Source: Bacillota bacterium
GTDB lineage: Bacteria > Bacillota_I > Bacilli_A > RF39 > UBA660
Length of the DNA stretch: 64,000 nt
Assembly (NCBI GenBank): GCA_015059195.1
Contig: SVAW01000001.1
Span: 145,575-209,574 of the forward strand
Direction of reading: 5' to 3'
Below are positions 55,800 through 64,000 of this stretch, one piece after another. Under the pieces are notes generated by a model. It ran no database searches. It saw nothing but the letters and a program-made list of their open reading frames with translations, and was not told the DNA's origin. Numbering within the stretch: the first letter of the stretch is position 1; the number at the start of each line of letters is the position of its first letter. Position numbers and translations under genes: made by a program.

Positions 55800-56219
55800 A
55801 TGAAAGAAAGCTTTGTATTTGATTATATAAATGAAAATGAATTTAAAAAGTTAGAACGTTCACTAAAAAAATATAACATGTTAGCCTATAAAAAATTATA
55901 TTTCGAATATTATCCATCATTAAAAGAGGGTAATTTTTTAGGCGAATTGGTTTCTACCAATCAAAATAATGGTTCTAGAACCTATGAACTTAAGTTACCA
56001 ACCGATATTATGTTTTCTAAAGTGCATGGAGATATTAAACTACATTATCACGTATATGAGAAAGATAATACGGTAATGCTTGATACAATCACCCCGGAAG
56101 ATATATTAACAGAGGGGCATCAGTCAGAGTTAGTCACTTATAAAGGAGTTATGGTTTCTAAACAACATTCTGAAAAAGATTTATTTAAAATAAACTTATT
56201 AAATATGATACAAAAATAA
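55800..56219 (+). CDS. hypothetical protein
   Basis: SD GAGGAGG before ATG 55800. No recognisable motif. Confidence 0.5.
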   Translation: MKESFVFDYINENEFKKLERSLKKYNMLAYKKLYFEYYPSLKEGNFLGELVSTNQNNGSRTYELKLPTDIMFSKVHGDIKLHYHVYEKDNTVMLDTITPEDILTEGHQSELVTYKGVMVSKQHSEKDLFKINLLNMIQK

Positions 56220-56247
56220 CGCTTATGTTAGGTTAAGCGTTATTTTT
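56216..56247. terminator. bidirectional terminator between convergent genes
   Basis: ATAACGCTTA-(8 nt)-TAAGCGTTAT plus T-run. Confidence 0.65.
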
Positions 56248-57411
56248 ATTTATCAATTGGACATATGAATCATACACTTCTTTTATAGCGTCATCCCAAT
56301 GTTTATATAAGTCCAGATATGCATTTTTACTAACAGACTCTAATAGTTTTCTGTTTTCTAAAACTTCAATAATTTTATCTGAGTATGCTCCAACAGTATG
56401 TTCTGATAAAAATCCATTTACATTATCTGTAATGGTTCCTGCAGTAGCGGCACCTTTTAAAAAGATACCAGGAGTTTCTTGAGATGCTGCTTCAATCTGT
56501 ACTATAGATGATGCATCATAGATAGATGGAAATAGGAACAAATCGGCTCTTTTATAATATTTTGCTAGTTCCTCTCGATCTGTGATTTTTCCACACATAA
56601 CAACCTCGTTTTCCAACTGCAACTTTTGGATATGATTTCTTAATATTTCTTCATCTTGCCCACATCCCACATAAAGCATTTTAAACTTCAACTTTGGCCT
56701 TTTTTCTTTAACTGCTTTTAAGGAATCGGCAATGAACAATATATTTTTTAAAATGTTAATTCTACCTACAAATAAAAATACTTTTTCATTAGCCTTTATT
56801 TGATGTTTTTTGTTGATATATTTTATTGCATTTTTACTTTCTTTTATTGGCAACATTTCTGTTGCATTATTCATGGTTTTCGGTAGGCATTTATACCCAT
56901 AATCTTTATAAAATATATTTGCAACTTCTTGATTTACCGCCCAACACTGATCACATTTATTAAAAATATTTATTAATTTACTATTTAATTTAGTCGCAAT
57001 TGTATCCGATTTTATGATTCTCAAAATATCTTGTTTAAACTGGCTATGCATGGTTGCAACGCATGGGATATTGTGTTTTTTGGAATATTTTATACCTAGG
57101 CTTCCTAAGGTAAATGGAGAATGTATGTGTACAATATCTAAGTTATAATTTTTTAGTTTTTTGCTAAAATCCCTGCTAAAAAATGGAATAGGAAGAGAAT
57201 AGTCCATAAATGGGACTTTTATTGAATTGCATCTAACTACTGTATATGGTAATACAGAATCATCGTAGTATTCATTAGTTTTAGGGACAAATACAATTAC
57301 ATTTCCATATTTCATTAGCCTTCTGGCGTAGTTATCTACAACCATAATAACCCCATCCGTCATTGGAAAAAAAGCATCGCAGAATATTCCTATTGTTATT
57401 TCTTTTTTCAT
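56233..57411 (-). CDS. GT4-family glycosyltransferase (glycolipid-synthase-like)
   Basis: N-terminus IGIFCDAFFPMTDGV is typical of diacylglycerol glycosyltransferases. C-terminal PSIYDASSIVQIEA (EX7E-like) motif. Confidence 0.75.
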   Translation of the reverse strand: MKKEITIGIFCDAFFPMTDGVIMVVDNYARRLMKYGNVIVFVPKTNEYYDDSVLPYTVVRCNSIKVPFMDYSLPIPFFSRDFSKKLKNYNLDIVHIHSPFTLGSLGIKYSKKHNIPCVATMHSQFKQDILRIIKSDTIATKLNSKLINIFNKCDQCWAVNQEVANIFYKDYGYKCLPKTMNNATEMLPIKESKNAIKYINKKHQIKANEKVFLFVGRINILKNILFIADSLKAVKEKRPKLKFKMLYVGCGQDEEILRNHIQKLQLENEVVMCGKITDREELAKYYKRADLFLFPSIYDASSIVQIEAASQETPGIFLKGAATAGTITDNVNGFLSEHTVGAYSDKIIEVLENRKLLESVSKNAYLDLYKHWDDAIKEVYDSYVQLINKNNA

Positions 57412-57438
57412 AATAACTCCTTTATTAATAATATATTA

Positions 57439-57466
57439 AAACTCGAACTTTTAAAAGTTCGAGTTT
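57439..57466. terminator. perfect palindromic hairpin downstream of the tRNA pair
   Basis: AAACTCGAACTTTT/AAAAGTTCGAGTTT. Weak U-tract, so efficiency is uncertain. Confidence 0.5.
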
Positions 57467-57476
57467 CTTATCAATC

Positions 57477-57561
57477 TGGTGCGAGTGAAGGGACTTGAAC
57501 CCCCATGCCGTAAGGCGCTAGATCCTAAGTCTAGTGCGTCTGCCAATTTCGCCACACTCGC
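57477..57561 (-). tRNA. tRNA-Leu (anticodon UAG), CCA encoded
   Basis: Reverse complement is GCGAGTGTGGCGAAATTGG...CTAGA-CTTAGGA-TCTAG...long variable arm...GGTTCAAGTCC...CACTCGCACCA. It has a 7-bp acceptor stem and a class II variable arm. Confidence 0.9.
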
Positions 57562-57573
57562 AATAAAATAAAG

Positions 57574-57650
57574 TGGTGGACCCTGTAGGACTCGAACCTA
57601 CGACCGCCCGGTTATGAGCCGGATGCTCTAACCAACTGAGCTAAGGGTCC
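57574..57650 (-). tRNA. tRNA with CAU anticodon, elongator type; probably tRNA-Ile2 (lysidine) rather than Met
   Basis: Reverse complement is GGACCCTTAGCTCAGTTGGTTAGAGCA-TCCGG-CTCATAA-CCGGG-CGGTC-GTAGGTTCGAGTCCTAC-AGGGTCCACCA. The body resembles Bacillus tRNA-Ile(CAU) as I remember it. There are no initiator features. Confidence 0.85.
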
Positions 57651-57670
57651 AGAATCATCACTGCTTTTAT

Positions 57671-57699
57671 ATAATATCATATTAGTAAACTTTATGCAA
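57671..57699 (-). promoter_or_regulatory. sigma-A-type promoter for the tRNA pair
   Basis: On the - strand: TTGCAT (57699-57694), 17-nt spacer, TATTAT (57676-57671). Confidence 0.5.
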
Positions 57700-57743
57700 T
57701 ATTTTTTTGAAAAATATCATGAAAATCAATTAATTTATCAAAT

Positions 57744-57842
57744 TTGACAAATGATAAAAATAGTATATAATATATACCAACAACGAGGATATATTATATA
57801 TATAAAGAAAAATTTGACAAAACAAGTGTTTCATGATAGAAT
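57744..57842 (+). promoter_or_regulatory. tandem sigma-A-type promoters plus conserved box upstream of 57876 gene
   Basis: P1 is TTGACA 57744-57749 with TATAAT 57766-57771. The box ATATACCAACAACGAGGATA follows from 57772. P2 is TTGACA 57814-57819, 17 nt, TGaTAGAAT 57834-57842. The SD AAGGGGGAT is as at 54310. Confidence 0.45.
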
Positions 57843-57875
57843 AAGGCACAATTATTACAAAAGGGGGATGTAATT

Positions 57876-58811
57876 ATGGAAAAAGAGACAGTAAAAGTAA
57901 AAGGTGGAAAAGTAACGAAGTTTGCAAGTGATGAAAAGCTAGCTAAGTTAAAAGCTGGTTGGCAAAAACACAAAGCAAGAATTATTGCTATTGGATTAAC
58001 AATTATTGTGTTGATAGGTTCAGTAATTTTATTCTTTGTTAATAAGAGTAAAAATAATAACAAAACAAACACTATAGGCACAAGCCAACACAATCCTGAT
58101 ACAGGCAATAAGAAAGAAAAATACAGTAGAGAATTACTAGCTGATAGAATTAATAGTTTTGGAGAAACTGCTAAAACAAATGGATTAGAGCTAACACCTG
58201 AAGAAGTTAGAACTTTAGCTACACTAATTAATATTGATCAAATAGTTAGTGAAGATTCTGAATTAGCTAAAGAATTATATGATGGTAAAAATGCTCAAGA
58301 TATTTTATCAAATGCAGGACATGTAATTGGTAAATTAATGACTAGTTCATTATCAAATAATTTCAAAACTCCAATGAACTTAAGCTTGTTAGTTGTTGGC
58401 AATGATTATGATAAAAGTGTATTAACTAAATTAGAAAGTTATCGTGATGAATTAACTGCATTGAGAGCTGAGGAACCAGGAGAACATAGAGTAGAATTTG
58501 GAACTAAAGAAGAAAAAGAAAGATTCGACCAAATTATTAGCGATGTATTAATGTTCTATGGTATGACTGCGGACGGTTTATCAATTAATGGAGAAAATGG
58601 TGTTATCCAATCAATGGGTGATGGAGCGCGTTTTGCTTCAGTATTAGTTATGAATGAAATTCTGTTAGGTAATAGAAATTTATTAACTACAGAACAAATT
58701 CAAGCATTTGAAGCTTTAATGTCAAATGAGCCAGCTACTGCAAATCTTCATAGAATTATTGAAGGTTGTCAAACAACAGAAGTTGAACCTGATAAAGTAA
58801 AAACAAAATAG
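57876..58811 (+). CDS. N-terminally anchored extracytoplasmic protein (unknown function)
   Basis: Basic cytoplasmic N-terminus, TM IIAIGLTIIVLIGSVILFFV, then a helical soluble domain. Confidence 0.6.
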   Translation: MEKETVKVKGGKVTKFASDEKLAKLKAGWQKHKARIIAIGLTIIVLIGSVILFFVNKSKNNNKTNTIGTSQHNPDTGNKKEKYSRELLADRINSFGETAKTNGLELTPEEVRTLATLINIDQIVSEDSELAKELYDGKNAQDILSNAGHVIGKLMTSSLSNNFKTPMNLSLLVVGNDYDKSVLTKLESYRDELTALRAEEPGEHRVEFGTKEEKERFDQIISDVLMFYGMTADGLSINGENGVIQSMGDGARFASVLVMNEILLGNRNLLTTEQIQAFEALMSNEPATANLHRIIEGCQTTEVEPDKVKTK

Positions 58812-58832
58812 TCCTTTGTGACTATTTTTTTT
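58807..58832 (+). terminator. intrinsic terminator
   Basis: AATAGTC-ctttgt-GACTATT plus T6. Confidence 0.65.
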
Positions 58833-58861
58833 ATGCTTCATAATATAAATTAGGTGATATT

Positions 58862-59818
58862 ATGGATGAATTAATTGGGAATACACCGCTTATTAAAATT
58901 AAGTATCAATATAATGGAAAGTTAAAAGAAGTATATATAAAATTAGAACAATATAACTTAAGTGGAAGCATTAAAGATAGAATGGCGCATTATATTATAA
59001 AAAAAGCATACGAAAGTATGAGGCTAAAATCAGGACAGACTATAATAGAGGCAACTAGTGGAAATACTGGAATTTCATTTTGTGCATTAGGCAATTATTT
59101 TAATAATCCAGTTGTTATTTTTATGCCGGATTGGGTAAGTATAGAGAGAAAACAAATAATGGAAATGTATGGCGCGAAAGTTTACTTAGTTAGTAAGGAA
59201 GCTGGCGGATTTAAAAAGTGTATTGAGCTTGCAGATGAATTGAGTTTAAAAATAGATGGGTTTAGGCCTAATCAATTTAGTAATCAAGATAATGTCGCAG
59301 CGCATTATATTACTACTGGGCAAGAAATAGTAGATAAAATTCATGATGTTGGTGGATTTGTAAGTGGCATAGGTACTGGTGGAACTTTGATGGGTATTGG
59401 TCAAAAGTTAAAAGAAGTTAATCCTAACGTTATTTTGTGTGCGGTAGAACCAGATAAAATGCCGTTGCTTACTAAAAATGAAGTTATTTCTAATCACAAA
59501 ATTGATGGAATCGGGGATGCCTTCATTCCGAAATTAGTAAACGTTGATGTGATTGATCGGGTATTGGATATTAACGATGATGACGCCATAAATATGGCAA
59601 AATTATTGTGTCAAAAGCTGGGACTCGGCGTCGGGATATCAAGCGGTGCCAATTTTTTAGGCAGTGTTCTTTTAAATGAAGAGGACATAGGAAAAGTGGT
59701 CAGTGTTTTTTCTGACGATAACAAAAAATATTTAAGTACAGACTTAAGTAAGGATATCCAATATAATTCACAATTTCTTTCAAATAAAATTGAATTAATC
59801 TCGTATGAGATTATTTAA
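58862..59818 (+). CDS. cysK: cysteine synthase / O-acetylserine sulfhydrylase (PLP-dependent)
   Basis: PLP-lysine motif SGSIKDRMA, TSGNTG loop, GIGTGGT. Confidence 0.85.
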   Translation: MDELIGNTPLIKIKYQYNGKLKEVYIKLEQYNLSGSIKDRMAHYIIKKAYESMRLKSGQTIIEATSGNTGISFCALGNYFNNPVVIFMPDWVSIERKQIMEMYGAKVYLVSKEAGGFKKCIELADELSLKIDGFRPNQFSNQDNVAAHYITTGQEIVDKIHDVGGFVSGIGTGGTLMGIGQKLKEVNPNVILCAVEPDKMPLLTKNEVISNHKIDGIGDAFIPKLVNVDVIDRVLDINDDDAINMAKLLCQKLGLGVGISSGANFLGSVLLNEEDIGKVVSVFSDDNKKYLSTDLSKDIQYNSQFLSNKIELISYEII

Positions 59819-59850
59819 ATATATGATATAATTAAATTGGAGTTGATTAT

Positions 59851-61245
59851 ATGAAAATATATAATACATTAACTAAACAAATTGAAGAGTTTATTCCAAA
59901 TGAAGAAGGTAAAGTTTCAATGTATACATGTGGACCTACAGTATATCATTTTGCTCATATCGGGAATCTTCGTACATATATATTTGAAGATGTTTTAGAG
60001 CGTACTTTAAATTACTTAGGGTATGAAGTTACTCGTGTTATGAATATAACAGATGTCGGACATTTAAGTAGTGACTCTGATACTGGTGAAGATAAAATGT
60101 TGAAGGGCGCGAAGAGGGAAAAAAAGACTGTGTTAGAAATAGCAGATTTTTATACCGAAGCATTTAAAAAGGATTGTGTTAAATTAAATATCAATTGGCC
60201 TAACATTGTATCAAAAGCAACCGATAATATTGATTATTATATAAAAATTATAAGTAAACTACTTAGTAATGGTAAGGCATATATTGCTGGTGGCAATGTT
60301 TATTTTGATACATCGACTTTAGAAGATTATTATAAATTAACTAATCATAAAGAAGATGAACTAGTTGTTGGTGTACGTGATGGAGTAGAACATGATAATA
60401 ACAAAAGAAATCAAGCGGACTTTGTTTTATGGTTTACTAAATCTAAGTTTGATGATCAAGAGTTAAAATGGGATAGCCCTTGGGGTTATGGTTATCCTGG
60501 ATGGCATATTGAGTGTTCTGGTATATCAATGCGTTATTTAGGGGAATACTTAGATATTCACTGTGGTGGGGTGGATAATATATTCCCACACCATACTAAT
60601 GAGATAGCTCAATCTGAAAGTTTCTTAGGACATAAGTGGTGTAATTATTGGGTGCATGGGGAACATTTAAATGATCAATCAGGAAAGATGAGTAAATCTA
60701 ACGGGGAATTTTTAACGATTTCGTTATTAGAAAGTAAAGGATATAACCCTATTTGGTATAGATTTATGTGTCTGGGCTCTCATTATCGAAAAGTTTTAGT
60801 ATTTAGTTATGATGCACTTGAAAATGCCAAACAAGCATATATTAAATTAAAAAACAAAATATCTAATTTAAAAGATAACGGGGAAGTGGACTTAGAAAAA
60901 TTAGAAGTATACTCAATAGAGTTTAAAGAGGCATTAGAAAGTGATTTAAATACTTCTGGTGCAATTACAACGCTTCATAATGTTTTAAAAAGTGATTTGA
61001 ATGATGCATCTAAAATCTATTTAATAAATGAATTTGATAAAGTTTTAGGGTTAAATTTATTAGAAAATGATAATAATAAATTAGATAGTGGATTAGAACA
61101 ATATATAAATGATAAAATCATAGAAAGAAATTTAGCTAAACAAAATAGAGATTATTTATTAGCAGATGCTATTCGTGATGAATTAAAAGAAAAAGGGATT
61201 ATCATTAAAGATACTAGAGAAGGTACAACGTTTGAGATAATTTAA
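59851..61245 (+). CDS. cysS: cysteine--tRNA ligase
   Basis: Class I motifs HIGN and KMSKS; CGPTVY N-terminus. Confidence 0.95.
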   Translation: MKIYNTLTKQIEEFIPNEEGKVSMYTCGPTVYHFAHIGNLRTYIFEDVLERTLNYLGYEVTRVMNITDVGHLSSDSDTGEDKMLKGAKREKKTVLEIADFYTEAFKKDCVKLNINWPNIVSKATDNIDYYIKIISKLLSNGKAYIAGGNVYFDTSTLEDYYKLTNHKEDELVVGVRDGVEHDNNKRNQADFVLWFTKSKFDDQELKWDSPWGYGYPGWHIECSGISMRYLGEYLDIHCGGVDNIFPHHTNEIAQSESFLGHKWCNYWVHGEHLNDQSGKMSKSNGEFLTISLLESKGYNPIWYRFMCLGSHYRKVLVFSYDALENAKQAYIKLKNKISNLKDNGEVDLEKLEVYSIEFKEALESDLNTSGAITTLHNVLKSDLNDASKIYLINEFDKVLGLNLLENDNNKLDSGLEQYINDKIIERNLAKQNRDYLLADAIRDELKEKGIIIKDTREGTTFEII

Positions 61246-61256
61246 GAGGTGATAAA

Positions 61257-61955
61257 ATGAATTATATGTTATGGGGTTATGAAACTTGGTTTACTGTGGT
61301 ATTATCAATTGTTGGGTTTATAATAATATTATGGGCACAAACAACAGTTAATAGTTCATATAAAAAATATAAGAAAATTAAGACTACTAAAGGATTAAGT
61401 GGGCAAGAAGTAGCTCGTGCTATATTAGATAGGAATGGATTAAAAGATATTTATGTTGTAGAAACTAGGGGTGAGTTATCTGATCATTATGATCCTTCTA
61501 GAAAGGTAATTCGTTTATCTAAAGAAATTTTTCATGGGGATACCATTGCTGCAGCAGCAGTGGCAGCGCATGAATGCGGCCACGCTATTCAAGATAAAGA
61601 TGGATATATTTTTATGAAGATTAGATCATTTTTAGTTCCGGTAGTAAATCTAGTTACATATATCGGATATATAGTTGCATTTATTTCGATTTTTGCTGGA
61701 GCTACGGGATATTTGAAAATAAGTATATTGATGATTTTAGCTGCATTGTTATTTCAACTAGTAACTTTGCCTGTTGAATTTGATGCATCTAAAAGAGCGA
61801 ATGAGGAATTATTAAAATTAAATTTAGTTAGCCATGATGAAGTAATTCAAACTAAAAGTATGTTGAAATCAGCAGCGCTAACTTATGTAGCTAGTTTTAT
61901 TTCTTCACTTCTTAACTTGTTGAGATTGGTGATTATGCTAAACGATAGAGATTAA
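61257..61955 (+). CDS. membrane zinc metallopeptidase (putative neutral zinc metallopeptidase family)
   Basis: HECGHA (HExxH) motif flanked by TM segments. Confidence 0.8.
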   Translation: MNYMLWGYETWFTVVLSIVGFIIILWAQTTVNSSYKKYKKIKTTKGLSGQEVARAILDRNGLKDIYVVETRGELSDHYDPSRKVIRLSKEIFHGDTIAAAAVAAHECGHAIQDKDGYIFMKIRSFLVPVVNLVTYIGYIVAFISIFAGATGYLKISILMILAALLFQLVTLPVEFDASKRANEELLKLNLVSHDEVIQTKSMLKSAALTYVASFISSLLNLLRLVIMLNDRD

Positions 61956-62047
61956 TCTATTGTTTTTAAATAGCTAGATTTATAAAGTATAAACCACTTT
62001 ATCTTTTAGATAATTTATTGGCGTGGTATAATAAGTGTGGTGGTATT

Positions 62048-62917
62048 ATGAATGGGGTTTTACTTATAAATAAAGAAAAAGGTTATACTAGTAGAGATGT
62101 AGTAAATAAAGTTAGTAAAATATTAGGAATTAAACAGATAGGCCATACAGGCACCTTAGATCCTATGGCAACCGGAGTTTTAGTTTTATGTGTTGGGGAA
62201 GCTACTAAATTAAATGAAATTTTAACTGCAAATTATAAAGAATATGAAGCTGAAATTACTTTAGGGGTTCTTACTGACACACTAGATGTGACGGGTACCA
62301 TATTAAAAGAAGAATGTGTAAATTTTAGTTTAGAACAAATATTAGAAGCTTTAAAATGTATTAAGGGGAAATATATACAGGAAACTCCTATTTATTCCGC
62401 AGTAAAAGTTAACGGAAAAAAGTTATATGAATATGCTAGAAACAATGAAGAAGTTACTTTACCAAAAAGAGAAGTTGACATTAAAGAAATTGAATTAATT
62501 AGCGATATAAAGAGAATAGATGATAAAGTAATATTTAGTATAAAATGTTTAGTTAGTAAAGGCACATATATTAGGACTCTTGCTTATGATATCGCTAAAA
62601 TCTTGGGAACAGTTGGTGTTATGAGTAAATTAAACAGAACTAAACAAGGTAGATTTGGTATTAACGCATGTGTTACATTAGATGATATAGCCAATGGCAA
62701 TTATCAATTAATTACAATAGAAGATGCATTAATAGATTATAAGAAGGTACAAGTAGATACTTATTTAGAAGAAAGAATTAGGAATGGTAGTATTTTACAA
62801 AACAGGTATGGATGCCCAGTTTTGTTTGTAAATAGTCAAAATAAAGCATTAGCGTTGTACCAGCCATACGATAAAGATAACACTAAAATTAAACCTTGGA
62901 AGATGTTTGTAAATTAA
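62048..62917 (+). CDS. truB: tRNA pseudouridine-55 synthase
   Basis: GHTGTLDPMATGVL catalytic Asp motif. -10 TATAAT lies upstream of ATG 62048. Confidence 0.9.
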   Translation: MNGVLLINKEKGYTSRDVVNKVSKILGIKQIGHTGTLDPMATGVLVLCVGEATKLNEILTANYKEYEAEITLGVLTDTLDVTGTILKEECVNFSLEQILEALKCIKGKYIQETPIYSAVKVNGKKLYEYARNNEEVTLPKREVDIKEIELISDIKRIDDKVIFSIKCLVSKGTYIRTLAYDIAKILGTVGVMSKLNRTKQGRFGINACVTLDDIANGNYQLITIEDALIDYKKVQVDTYLEERIRNGSILQNRYGCPVLFVNSQNKALALYQPYDKDNTKIKPWKMFVN

Positions 62918-62944
62918 AAATTGCTTTTTTAAGCAATTTTATTT
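62917..62944 (+). terminator. intrinsic terminator after truB
   Basis: AAAATTGCTT-tttt-AAGCAATTTT. Confidence 0.65.
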
Positions 62945-63065
62945 AGTTAAATTATGCTTGCATAAAATAAAAAATTATTGTATATTATTAGTGTACTTAT
63001 TCTTGGATTTGGGAAACTCCAACCCAATCTCGGTATAAGCGAATATAGAGTAAAGGAGAGATAAT

Positions 63066-63335
63066 ATGGCTTTAAGTAAAGAAAGAAAATCAGAAATCGT
63101 TAAAAAATATGGTAAAACTGCTACTGACACAGGTTCAGCAGAAGTACAAATTGCGGTTTTAACTGAAGAAATTAACGCATTAACTGAACACTTAAAAGAA
63201 CATAAACATGATTTCCATTCTAGAAGAGGAATGCTTAAAAAAGTAGGACAAAGAAGAAGCTTGTTAAACTACTTAGTTAAGAATGACGTTACTAGATACC
63301 GTGAAATTGTTAAGAGTTTAGGTTTAAGAAAATAA
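63066..63335 (+). CDS. rpsO: 30S ribosomal protein S15
   Basis: 89 aa; [33 protein letters not shown]. Confidence 0.95.
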   Translation: MALSKERKSEIVKKYGKTATDTGSAEVQIAVLTEEINALTEHLKEHKHDFHSRRGMLKKVGQRRSLLNYLVKNDVTRYREIVKSLGLRK

Positions 63336-63395
63336 TATATAAATAGTAGGCACTTTTTTAAGTGTCTTTATTTTTAATCAAAAGGAGGAGTAGAA

Positions 63396-64000
63396 ATGAA
63401 AAAAATATTCGAATTAGATTTTAGAGGGAAAAAAATTGTTGTTGAAAATGGTGAAATGGCTAAACAAGCAAATGGAGCGGTTTTAGTTAGATATGGTGAT
63501 ACTGTAGTATTATCAACAGCTGTAGTAAAAAAGGAAGCTAATGTATTATCAGATTTTTTTCCATTAATGGTAATTTATCAAGAAAAATTATATTCTGTTG
63601 GTAAAATTCCAGGAGGATTTATTAAAAGGGAAGGACGTCCTACTGATGCTGCTACACTTGCTGCACGTATGATTGATCGCCCGATGAGACCAATGTTCAA
63701 AGAAAACTTTAAAAATGAAGTGCAGGTTGTTAACACAGTTTTATCAGTTGATACAGATAACTCTCCAGAATTAACAGCAATGTTCGGTACATCTTTAGCA
63801 GTTGGAATTAGTGAAATACCTTTTGATGGACCAATTGCAGGAGTAAAAGTTGGACATGTTAACGGAGAATTTATTATTAACCCAACACCAGCTGAATTAG
63901 AAATTTCTGATATTGATTTAACTGTTGCGGGGACTAAAGATGCTATTAATATGGTTGAAGCAGGAGCAAAAGAGGTTTCTGAAGATTTAATGTTAGAAGC
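63396..64000 (+). CDS. pnp: polyribonucleotide nucleotidyltransferase (PNPase), N-terminal part; continues beyond the window
   Basis: SD AAGGAGGAG precedes ATG 63396. Hand translation gives [43 protein letters not shown]...[22 protein letters not shown], the typical first RNase PH domain. Follows rpsO. Confidence 0.9.
   Translation, partial: MKKIFELDFRGKKIVVENGEMAKQANGAVLVRYGDTVVLSTAVVKKEANVLSDFFPLMVIYQEKLYSVGKIPGGFIKREGRPTDAATLAARMIDRPMRPMFKENFKNEVQVVNTVLSVDTDNSPELTAMFGTSLAVGISEIPFDGPIAGVKVGHVNGEFIINPTPAELEISDIDLTVAGTKDAINMVEAGAKEVSEDLMLE

Noticed and set aside
58812-59850. A T-box or other leader upstream of cysK-cysS
   Set aside because: The intergenic spaces are only ~50 and ~32 nt, too short for a T-box. 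No specifier or terminator structures are visible.
1-64000. CRISPR arrays, IS elements, integrases or prophage remnants
   Set aside because: I saw no regularly spaced direct repeats, and no transposase, integrase, terminase or capsid-like ORFs, on either strand. The only multi-copy DNA is the pilin/leader family and the short duplicated promoter region.

Overview
This is an AT-rich chromosomal segment from an endospore-forming, low-GC Firmicute; the exact taxon cannot be decided from the sequence alone. Most of the window is core housekeeping, largely on the + strand. In order: a class III RNR operon, rpsP-khpA, cdsA-rseP, an ABC exporter, rpsB-tsf, and murG-murB-divIB-ftsA-ftsZ-spoIIGA-sigE. 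Then secG, rlmN-prpC-prkC-rsgA-rpe, sigK, spoIIAA-sigF, deoD, two M16 peptidases, and sigG-ylmC. Finally rbgA-mrnC-rlmB-sigH, murF-ddl, plsC, two tRNAs, cysK-cysS, and truB-rpsO-pnp. The main finding is a three-copy repeat family at about 5.0, 23.2 and 31.5 kb. Each copy has a nearly identical ~200-nt leader in front of a type IV pilin-like gene. The leader carries a short uORF containing a poly-G tract, followed by a long intrinsic terminator. By hand translation, one of the three tract-length phases lets the uORF read through the terminator, while the other two stop upstream of it. This suggests a phase-variable, translation-coupled attenuator. One copy is a 5'-deleted, start-less pilin cassette whose reading frame is still open. 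Secondary observations:
- NrdD is fused to a redoxin domain and sits next to a TrxR-like gene that lacks the NADPH-binding arginines.
- A second NrdD-like paralogue lies upstream of nrdG.
- The spoIIAA-sigF pair has no spoIIAB and no phospho-acceptor serine.
- An orphan gene encodes a large protein with a C-terminal Mrr-type nuclease domain.
- An orphan amidoligase-like gene overlaps the 3' end of sigK.
- There is a degenerate Fic protein, an S2 with a Rho_N-like tail, and a membrane-anchored MurF.
- A Cys-repeat membrane protein shares a duplicated tandem-promoter region with another membrane protein gene.
No CRISPR array, transposase, integrase or prophage genes were seen.
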